The notes under the pieces are model-generated. The model searched no databases and had not been told where the DNA came from. It worked only from the letters and a program-made list of their open reading frames with translations. Shown piece after piece: positions 51,301 through 59,559 of a stretch of 64,000 bases of DNA. Each line of letters opens with the position of its first letter. Position 1 is the first letter of the stretch. The translations under genes and the position numbers were made by a program. This DNA comes from Squalus acanthias (taxonomy: Eukaryota). The stretch is from contig JASTWF010000036.1 in NCBI GenBank assembly GCA_030390025.1, positions 1,798,001 through 1,862,000 on the forward strand, written 5' to 3'.

Positions 51301-52270
51301 GACAAGCAGCTGTAATTGGTGTCGTTGCACAAAGAGTGGCTGAAACTCTAGGTGTGGTTCTTCGAGAGGAAACCCGAGAGGAAGCACGATAGATTTTAGC
51401 CGGAACATCTTGATAGGCCCTTACCGGGGCAGTTCGGTAGGACTTAGCTTGATAAGCCCTCGTAGAGGCTCTTGATCGGCAAACCTTTGCAAAATGACCC
51501 TTTTTGTTGCAATGACTGCAAAACGCATTGCGAGCAGGGCAGAATTTCCGAGGGTGAAACTCATCACCACAAAAGAAGCATTTCTTAGATTGCCAAGAGG
51601 CTGCCACAGTGGGGTCATCATCCTCTTCATCAGTGAAGTCATCAGATTGATCGTCAGGGATAAAGTCCTCCCTAATAGAGTTCACCTGTGGCCTCTTAAA
51701 TTGCCTGACTGTAGTTAAGGTAGTAGACCGAGGTCTGGGCACTGTATAAAGGTCTGCATTTCTTTTTGCCAGATCTAGAGAGCAAGCCATGTCATAAGCT
51801 CTCTGAAGCTCAAGTGTCTTACTTTCCAGTAGACGCTGGCGTATAAATGGGGAGGCAAGCCCGCAGATGAAAGCATCACGGATCATTTCTTCACGGTACA
51901 GCTCAGCTGAGGCCGCCTGAAAGTTACAGTCCATACTAAGTCTGCGAAGCTCTTGGAGGAATTTATCAATGGATTCCTCCGGCCCTTGTTGGGCTGTAGC
52001 TAGTAGATGTCTGGCATAGACCTCATTCGGTGTCTGAGTATATAGTCTCTTAAGCGTCCGAATTGCCTCCTCGTAACTGCCCCATTCCTCCACATACTGA
52101 AATACATTCGGGGTGACACAGTTGATGAGTATCCGCAACTTTGAGTCATCATCAGCCTTGCAATATTCAAGAAAATTGTCAAACGTGCGATACCAGTGTT
52201 TCCACACCTTACCGGCTGCTGGGGTGTTTGGGTCCAAGTCAGGACGCGATGGTTTAAGGATGTTTTCCAT
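48314..52270 (-). CDS. Gag-Pol polyprotein: Gag with two Cys/His knuckles, aspartic protease, RT, RNase H, integrase
   Basis: Knuckles CFFCGDEFHPRKFC and CSHCNKKGHFAKVC; protease LIDSGS; RT DLKSAYHQ, LPFGV, YLDN; RNase H CDAS..EKEA..TDQ; integrase HDGLCH..CSDC, DFKGP, SDRG, NGQVER. Domain order PR-RT-RH-IN is Gypsy. No stops or frameshifts. Confidence 0.96.
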   Translation of the reverse strand: MENILKPSRPDLDPNTPAAGKVWKHWYRTFDNFLEYCKADDDSKLRILINCVTPNVFQYVEEWGSYEEAIRTLKRLYTQTPNEVYARHLLATAQQGPEESIDKFLQELRRLSMDCNFQAASAELYREEMIRDAFICGLASPFIRQRLLESKTLELQRAYDMACSLDLAKRNADLYTVPRPRSTTLTTVRQFKRPQVNSIREDFIPDDQSDDFTDEEDDDPTVAASWQSKKCFFCGDEFHPRKFCPARNAFCSHCNKKGHFAKVCRSRASTRAYQAKSYRTAPVRAYQDVPAKIYRASSRVSSRRTTPRVSATLCATTPITAACPQNLFHAATKASINEHTLDALIDSGSTDSFIREQIVAELKLHVFPSDQAIAMAQSSLNTRISGFCMVDITLNGHRYPSTRLLVLKDLCSDLILGLDFQKQHKKLTIEFGGSKPELTISNILPRLPFCALSAASLDEPSLFTSIPPQCKPIITKSRRFSQEDQSFIAAEISQLLAEDIIEPCSSPWRAQLVIVKNPLQPHKKRLCIDHSQTINQYTDLDAYPLPRIDDMVNKLAEYTVFSTYDLKSAYHQVPLKVSDKQYTAFEANGRLYQFRRLPFGVTNGVVVFQRAMDDLVKQEDLKDTFPYLDNITVAGRNQREHDANLQRFWDALQHRNLTLNAAKSIESQPTINILGYCVGNGIIKPDPERLRPLQELPPPKNPASLRRALGLFAYYAKWIPNFSDRIQPLLKASTFPLDTAAVAAFNLLKKQLEKAALHSIDESLPFVVECDASEVAISATLNQEGRLVAFLSRTFQGAELHYPPVEKEATAIIEAVRKWSHLLARQHFTLITDQRSVAFMLDNQKRTKIKNNKIQLWRLELASFGYTIHYRPGKENVAPDTLTRAFCSAMAPSTLVDIHDGLCHPGVTRMLHFVRSRNLPFSTGDVKKMCSDCRVCAELKPQFFRPSGGILIHATQPMQWLSIDFKGPLPSSTRNTYLLTMVDEYSRFPFAFPCPNMLTTTVISCLEQVFAFCGMASYVHSDRGPSFMSGELKAYLSERGIAASKTTPYHPVGNGQVERFNAIIWNAVRLALRSRGLPNQQWEAVLPDALHSTRSLLSTATNTTPHERFFRFQRRSSYGISLPSWLTAPGPVLLRRYVRASKNDPLVDEVELTDVNPTYAYIRYPDGRESTVSLRDLAPCPPKHRGTPGDDIVPGTSLGSPGASHHDLDLTPAGTSLQRADLGQTDYEPVGARTRSHDPPRTVRSETDLPQPCPTPVRALVHSQDRPDPSQSGLDHSDSGPRPAAGKRARGPLPLREPKRVRLSLVQRLRNGGSIPAS

Positions 52271-52336
52271 GATGGGTGATTCCCTGGATCCTTAGTTCCG
52301 AGTTCGTCCAAAAAGTTTGAGTGCGAAGTTTTCCAA

Positions 52337-52347
52337 AGTTGATTAAA
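52337..52347 (-). other. Putative self-priming primer-binding site
   Basis: Minus strand TTTAATCAACT, separated from the 5' LTR by 1 nt; exact complement of LTR AGTTGATTAAA (52392-52402). No TGG tRNA-type PBS present. Confidence 0.75.
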
Positions 52348-52348
52348 T

Positions 52349-52542
52349 TGTCGTAAGAATGAGCCTTACGCGTGGTGAACTTAAAGTAAGCTTTAATCAA
52401 CTAAAAAGGTGCTACATACAAAAGAGGTCTTACTCTATGCCTCTCCAGGATCCAACTGATCAGTCCAGTATTTATCCTGGACTAATCACAGGAAGTGATG
52501 CAATAAAGTTCGAGTCACAGGAAGCTGTATTGTGTTACCACA
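52349..52542 (-). repeat. 5' LTR (194 bp)
   Basis: Identical by eye to 48102-48295; minus strand reads TGTGGTAAC...TTACGACA. Confidence 0.97.
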
Positions 52543-54284
52543 CCCACCTCATACCCATCTCCTGCAGCAGCACCGTCACTCGACCAGCCATCAAAACGGG
52601 TGCTGTGCCACTCCATCGCTTTCCCACCGACCCCATTTCCTGCCGACATATTGGTTTTGCCAGCCTATATTTCTTTTTGCCTTTGGAAAGGCTGCAACCT
52701 TTTTTTTCTCCTGTATCCCATAAACTTGCCAGCAGCCCTTTAAGGGCTGCTCACTCCCACGATTTCCTGTCCCCACCCCTTTTGGTGAGTTCCCAGCACC
52801 AGACCCAACATGGGTGCTCCTGGGAAATCAGCACAGCTTAAAACCAGAGGCTGTTTATTAAGCTCTCTACTTGGTAAATCGCCGCCTTTTTGGCATTGTA
52901 GAAAATCTGCCCACATGTATAAATTTTGATTTCAGTTTTTTAAAATTCCGTTATCCCCTGACATGCCTGAATGGAACAGGCTAGACATGGCTGCGATTCC
53001 TGACAGATAGCATTCATTATGTGGGATCAAGTATATTAAGGTATCAATCACATGATTTCTACAAGGCTGTCGCAAGTTTCTGAGATCCAGGATCTTTCAC
53101 TTCTTCATATATGAAACTCTATCCCTACTCCACCAGCGGCCTGGCCCCGCCCCCCACTGCCATCTGCAAATAAAGCAGTCTTTCGATTGGTGAAAACACA
53201 AGTGACCTACTTTTGCTGATAAATATTAACGATTATTCGTTTCCAGAACTTCTCCAAAAATGGCAACGGATTTGCCAACAGCAAGTCTCCTGCTGCGTGA
53301 GTGCTTCTAAAACCTCGGGTCAGCATTTGTGAATCTCATCTGCATGTCGCACCTTCAATACTGCACAATATACTTTCACGTGGCTCCCCAATACCTCTAT
53401 CGGCTCACGGGCTAAGTTTGGCAGTGCCCCAGCTTCTGGTAGTGCCAACATCCATCCTGGTGCCAACTGTAAGCTGCTCTTACTTTGCATGGGACCTGTG
53501 CCAGTGCTCGCTGGCTGCCAATGCAAAGGGCCTTGTACAGCCAGCAAGCACCTCAAAGTGAACTTGGCTCTTCCCTTGGAAGACCTGGTTAAATAAAAAT
53601 GGATTCCCCTGTGCACCAGCTTCAGAGAATCCAGACAGTTTTTTTGGGGGGGCTTCAATGGAGAGCAATATTGGGCGGGGTGTAAAGCTGGCATTTCATC
53701 CGATCCCGTGGGTTTCCTGCCAGGCGAGTGAGGTTAAAATTGCCCCCTTTGCAGAGACCGGGGGCCTGCGGATGCAATCGGGCAAGTGGCGCACAAATGT
53801 TAGAAACATAGAAACATAGAAAAATAGGAGCAGGAGTCGGCCATTCGGCCCTTCAAGCCTGCTCCGCCATTCAATATGATCATGGCTGATCCACTATCTC
53901 AATACCATATTCCCGCTCTCTCCCCAAACCCCTTGATGCCTTTTGTGTCTAGAAATCTATCTATCTCCTTCTTAAATATATTCAGTGACTTGGCCTCCAC
54001 AGCCTTCTGTGGTAGAGAATTCCACAGGTTCACCACCCTCTGAGGGAAGACATTTCTCCTCATCTCAGTCCTAAATGTCCTACCCCGTATCCTGAGACTG
54101 TGACCCCCCTCGTTCTAGACCCCCCAGCCAGGGGGAAACATCCTCCCTGCATCCAGTCTGTTGAGCCCTGTCAGAATTTTATACGTTTCAATGAGATCCC
54201 CTCTCATTCTTCTAAACTCTAGTGAATACAGGCCTAGTCGACCCAATCTCTCCTCATACGACAGTCCTGCCATCCCAGGAATTC

Positions 54285-54600
54285 GGGCAACACGGTGGCA
54301 TAGTGGTTAGCACTGTTGCCTCACAGCGCCAGGGACCTGGGTTCAAATCCGGCCTCGGGTGACTGTCTGTGTGGAGTTTGCACATTCTCCCCGTGTCTGC
54401 GTGGGTTTCCTCCGGGTGCTCCGGTTTCCTCCCACAGTCCAAAGATGTGCGGGTTAGGTTGATTTGGCTATGATAAATTGACCCTTCGTGTTAGGGGGGA
54501 TTAAATACGTGGGGTTACGGGGATAGGGTGGGATATGTGTCGGTGCAGGCTCGATGGGCCGAAATGGCCTCTATCTGCACTGTGGGGATTCTGTGATTCT
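54285..54600 (+). mobile_element. HE1-type V-SINE (tRNA-derived) inserted into a CR1
   Basis: A box tggcatagtgg, B box ggttcaaatcc, V-domain ctgtgtggagtttgcacattctccccgtgtctgcgtgggtttcctccggg, CR1-like tail. Confidence 0.9.
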
Positions 54601-54724
54601 GAATCAGTCTGGTAAACCTTCGCTGCACTCCCTCGATGGCAAGTATATCCTTTCTTTGGTAAGGAGACCAAAACTGCACACAGTACTCCAGGTGTGGTCT
54701 CACCAAGGCCCTGTACAACACATT

Positions 54725-55034
54725 GGGCAACACGGTGGCATAGTGGTTAGCACTGTTGCCTCACAGCGCCAGGGACCCGGGTTCGAATCCGGCCTCGGGT
54801 GACTGTCTGTGTGGAGTTTGCACATTCTCCCCGTGTCTGCGTGGGTTTCCTCCGGGTGCTCCGGTTTCCTCCCACAGTCCAAAGATGTGCGGGTTAGGTT
54901 GATTTGGCTATGATAAATTGACCCTTAGTGTTAGGGGGATTAAATACGTGGGGTTACGGGGATAGGGTGGGATATGTGTCGGTGCAGGCTCAATGGGCTG
55001 AAATGGCCTCTATCTGCACTGTGGGGATTCTGTG
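54725..55034 (+). mobile_element. HE1-type V-SINE, second near-identical copy
   Basis: Same structure as 54285-54600; B box ggttcgaatcc. Confidence 0.9.
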
Positions 55035-56186
55035 AACTGTAGTAAGACATCCTTGCTCCTGTACTCAAATCCTCTTGCAAAGAAGGCCAACATACCATTT
55101 GCCTTCCTAACTGCTTGCTGCACCTGCATGTTTGCTTTCAGTGACTGGTGTACAAGGACACCCAGGTCCCTCCTGTATATCAACATTTCCCAATCTATCA
55201 CCATTTAAATAATACTCTGCCTTTCTGTTTTTCCTACCGAAGTGGATAACTTCACATTTATCCACGTTATACTGCATCTGCCATGTATTTGCCCACTCAC
55301 TCAACTTGTCTAAATCGCCTTGAAGCCTCTTTGCATCCTCCTCGCAACTCACAATCCCACCTAGTTTCGTGTCCTCAGCAAACTTGGAAATATTACATTT
55401 GGTTCCCTCATCCAAATTATTGATATATTATGAATAGCTGGGGCCCAAGCACCGATCCCTGCGGTACCCCACTAGTCACCACCTGCCACCCCGAAAAAGA
55501 CCCGTTTATTCCTACTCTCTGTTTCCTGTCTGTTGCTCTCCTGAAACAGGATTCCGGAACCTGATGTGTAAGCGTGGGAGTAAAAGGCACCGTAGAAATA
55601 GCTGACTCCGATCGCACACTGTTGGTGACTACAACACTGGGTAATAATGCCGAGTCTCCATGTAAGACTTTTCTGTCGCCACCTCATGTTATCGAACTGC
55701 ATTAAAAATAAGTGGTTCTGAAATGCCCAAGGTCCCTGATGCTCTGGGATGTGTCCGAAGGTAAACAGAGACCAGCAATCGGCTAACCTCCTTTGGTGGC
55801 CTGTATGGTAGGGTTTCCAACTCTCGTTGGACGTTTTTTTGGAGGTCTGATTACATGACGTCTTCTCACATCGCGTCTGCTCACATGACACTTGCCCACA
55901 GTTTGAAAATGTCATCGCATTGACCGTATAAAGGCTGGGTCCCAGTGGTTGAGTGTCTCTGCTCGTGCCAGACGCTGTCACCCGAGAGGTTCTGAGAAGC
56001 GCTGAAGAACGTGCGCAGGCGCAAAGCTATACTTTTCTCCCGGCTTCCTCGCAGCAGTGCCCGGGATAGTGATCCTCAATTCCAGGAGATTCCCCGCCCT
56101 ACGTGCTCAGGATGCTAGTGGCTAGGAAAGAAGGATTGATTGGGTCTCTGCAAGCAATCTGTATAGCTGCTTTATATTGGGTTAGA

Positions 56187-56423
56187 ATTGGTGGCCGTGC
56201 CTTCAGCTGCCGAGGCCCTAAGCTCTGGAATTCGCTCCCTAAACCTCTCCGCCTCTCTCTCCTCCTTCTTAAAACCTACCGCTTTGGCCAAGCTTTTGGT
56301 CACCTGTCCTAATATCGCCTTATGTGGCACGGTGTCAAATTTTGTTTGATAATCGCTCCTGTGAAGCGCCTTGGGACGTTTTCCTACATTAAAGGTGTTC
56401 TATAAATGCAAGTTGTTGTTGTT
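56187..56423 (+). mobile_element. L2 LINE 3' fragment
   Basis: Matches the L2 tail. Confidence 0.8.
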
Positions 56424-57099
56424 ATATGCCGTACTAATGCTGATGGCTCCAGCATGTGACTCTGACGTGGTTTCCCGACGGGCGAATTAGGTTAAAACTG
56501 CCTGCAAACACCCAGCAGGCAAGCGTATAGCGCTGGCTCCCTGCATTTAGCTTAGTCCCAAGGCGCGGCCTTCACCTGATGGCGGAATTGTAAACGCCCC
56601 CTTGCGTGGATCGACGGCGTCCTCGGTTCCTGGAACCAGCAGCTGCTTACATCAGGAGTGCAGCTGGCGGAGAGACTCCCCCACATCGGCAGCCATCCGC
56701 ACGCCTATCGTGTAAAAGTACCTCCTGTCACTTGACATCACAAATTACAAATGACGTTAACAAAATTTATTCAGCACTTTGAAGGTGGGATATAACAGAG
56801 GGAGCTGAATAGATTGAACAATTGTCTCAGCTGAAACTCACAGAATACGTACAGAAAAGAGCTTGTGTCCCTTTGATTAAAGAATTGGATGATGATATTA
56901 CTTTAGTCAATGTATTCTTTCTTAGCTTGGAATATTTAAACGATTATGAGATAACAAGGCTGTAGTTATACTTCAGATACCAGTGTGACTAATCAAAGTA
57001 AGAAGAAGTTCTGCTCTTCTCTTCGACAGGACTTCCGTTTGTCTCTTCAACCTTGTTCATCTTCATTGCTTCCAGTTTCCCTTCTCGTGTTTGCTCAAT

Positions 57100-57321
57100 G
57101 TCTCTTAATCTCTCCTGCTTTCTATCCTACCACCGGCCTTCGCTTTTGTTCTTTCATCCCCTCCCCCTTTTCCCAGCATTATACTTGCTTTAAATCTGTT
57201 CCATTTCCTGCTTTTTTCCAGTTCTGACGAAGGGTCTTCGACCTGAAACATTAACTCTGTTTCTCTCTCCACGGATGCTGCCTGGCCTGCTGAGTTTTTC
57301 CAGCGTTTTCTGTTGTTATTT
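57100..57321 (+). mobile_element. Penelope pseudo-LTR-derived non-autonomous fragment
   Basis: Hammerhead motif followed by ...ggatgctgcctggcctgctgagtttttccagc..., homologous to 34320-34478 and 42890-43066. Confidence 0.6.
57220..57256 (+). ncRNA. Minimal hammerhead-ribozyme-like motif in a Penelope-derived short repeat
   Basis: AGTT-CTGACGA-A-GGGTC(TTC)GACCT-GAAAC-AT-T-AACT. Confidence 0.6.
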
Positions 57322-57622
57322 AAGAATCCAAGTCTGCCGGTTGAGTTGGATGCTCAGTCAGCAGACTTGAGTTACACTGCTGACTGTGCCTTGCACCGAG
57401 CTTTGTGACAAAGGAACCGTGTGCATGCATGTTTGGTGCATGTGCTACAGAGCTCTGTTCCTTGGGTGGCTAGCTTGTAATGTTATAAGGGCTGGAGTTA
57501 TATCGCAGATACTATACAGTCCCAGTGTAGCAAGAGTACCTGTCAGACATGCTCTCATATATATCTTGGCATTCGTGCTCCAGAGTCAGATCAGGACCTG
57601 ACTCATGAGTTATACTCCACTT

Positions 57623-57972
57623 TCATGGCCTCGCCCCCTCCCCATCTCTCTAACCTCCTCCAGCCCTAAAACCCTCTGAAATCTCTGCATTCCTCCAATT
57701 CTGGTCTCTTGAACATCCCTGATTTTCTACGCTCCACCATTGGCAGCTGTACCTTCAGCTGCCTAGGCCCTAAGCTCTGGAATTCCCTCTCTAAACCTCT
57801 CCACCTCACTCTCTCCTCCGTAAGATGCTCCTTAAAACCTACCTCTTTGACCAAGCTTTGACCTGCCCTAATATCTCCTTATGTGGCTCGGTGTCAAATT
57901 TTGTTTGATTACGCTCCTGTGAAGCGCCTTGGGATGTTTTGCTACATGAAAAACGCTGTATAAATGCAAGTC
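57623..57972 (+). mobile_element. L2 LINE 3' fragment
   Basis: Matches the L2 tail. Confidence 0.82.
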
Positions 57973-58461
57973 ATTGTTTCGCATCAGTGTGTACAAAAAG
58001 ACCAGTGCTAGTGCGAGCAAGCACTGAGTGCGAGTCAGCAGAGAGTGCTGAGTTTGGGTAAGTGTGAGAGTTCTTTAATTGTTAGTTCTCTTTAAATCAT
58101 TCTTGATAAGAGTACTTAAGCAGTTTAAGTGAAGGGGAAAAGTTAAATATTTGGGATTCTGTTGGTTTAAGAAGAGTAAAACAAGGTTACACTGCAGTAG
58201 GAGTAAATTGGCACAGCAGGCAGTGGAAACCAGTTTTCTAATCAATCAGCAGGGGTGACTCATTTGGCTGTAAACAAACAAACAGGGTTGTAGTTAATAA
58301 GGCCTTTCTGGTGCAGAGTGACTGTTGGGAAACCATTTAACTGGTGTAATTTAGAGGGATTGATTTAATTTAAATCCAATTAATTAGAGGGGTTACTAGC
58401 ATCTATAATCGGGCAGAGAGTGTCCATAACTAACAATAAAAAATGTAATTAATTACATAGA

Positions 58462-59415
58462 ATGGAGCAGGTGATGTGTTACTGTTGCGAGATGTGGGAG
58501 CCAGTGGACCCCATTGAGGCTCACGGTGATTACATCTGTGACAAGTGTCTGCTGCTACAGGAACTCCAGCTCCGTGTTGATGAGCTGGGGTCTGAGCTTC
58601 AGACACTGCGACACATCAGGGAGGGGGAGAAGTACCTGGACTCTGTGTTTCAGGAGGTGGTCACACCTATGAAGTTAATTAATTCAGATGTAGCCCATGG
58701 TCAGGGACAGGACGGTGTGACTACGAGTGAGGCAGGTACGGGGATCCAGGAGGTAGTGTTGGAGGAGCCGCAGCCCTTGCTCTTGTCCAACAGGTTCGAG
58801 GTTCTTACTCCCTGTGGGGACAGGAGCAGGGACTGCAGGGAGGATGAGCAACCTGGCCACAGCACCATGGAACGGGGGGCCATTCAAGAGGGGGGAGTAA
58901 ATAGAAATGTTGTAGTGGTAGGGGATAGTATTATTAGGGGGATAGATAGAGTTCTCTGCAGCCGAGAGCGAGAGTCCCGTAGGCTGTGTTGCCTGCCCGG
59001 TGCCAGGGTTAAGGACATCTCCTCTGGGCTGGAAAGAAACTTGCAGTGGGAGGGGGTGGATCCAGTTGTCGTGGTCCATGTTGGTACAAACGACGTAGAT
59101 AGGACAAGGAAGCCGGTTCTGTTAAAGGAGTATGAGCAGCTAGGGGTCAAATTAAAAAACAGAACCTCAAGGGTAATAATCTCTGGATTATTACCTGAGC
59201 CACGAGCGAGTTTGGCTAGGACAAATAAAATTAGAGAGTTAAATGAGTGGCTCAAAGACTGGTGTGGGAGAAATGGGTTTTGCTTCCTGGGACACTGGCA
59301 CCAGTACTGGGGCAGGAGGGAGCTGTTCCGTTGGAACGGGCTTCACTTGGCCAGTGCTGGGACTAGAGTCCTGGCGGATCATATAACTAGGGCTGTAGAG
59401 AGGGCTTTAAATTAA
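58462..59415 (+). CDS. CR1 ORF1 protein: Zn-finger/leucine zipper plus SGNH (GDSL) esterase domain
   Basis: CYCC..CDKC; heptad LQELQLRVDELGSELQTL; esterase blocks VVGDSII, PGA, VHVGTND, NGLHL. Confidence 0.9.
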   Translation: MEQVMCYCCEMWEPVDPIEAHGDYICDKCLLLQELQLRVDELGSELQTLRHIREGEKYLDSVFQEVVTPMKLINSDVAHGQGQDGVTTSEAGTGIQEVVLEEPQPLLLSNRFEVLTPCGDRSRDCREDEQPGHSTMERGAIQEGGVNRNVVVVGDSIIRGIDRVLCSRERESRRLCCLPGARVKDISSGLERNLQWEGVDPVVVVHVGTNDVDRTRKPVLLKEYEQLGVKLKNRTSRVIISGLLPEPRASLARTNKIRELNEWLKDWCGRNGFCFLGHWHQYWGRRELFRWNGLHLASAGTRVLADHITRAVERALN

Positions 59416-59559
59416 CTAGTGTGGGGGAGGTTCCTAGAGAGCAAATAATAAAAATGACAACAGAGAAGGTAGCAGTGGGGAAATTAAAAACCAGAGTGTG
59501 TCAGGAAGAGGCAGAAGGTATGAAGTAAAAGGTAAAGTATTAAAAAGGGCAAAAGCAGG

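Larger units (their letters stand above)
48102..52542 (-). mobile_element. Full-length Gypsy/Ty3 (Metaviridae, Mag-like) LTR retrotransposon
   Basis: Two identical 194-bp LTRs with TG..CA ends; perfect 5-bp TSD CCCAC (48097-48101 and 52543-52547); single 1318-aa gag-pol ORF; polypurine tract. Confidence 0.97.
53801..55531 (-). mobile_element. 5'-truncated CR1 LINE interrupted by two HE1 SINEs
   Basis: RT motifs [28 protein letters not shown]; tail (agaaacat)n. Confidence 0.9.
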
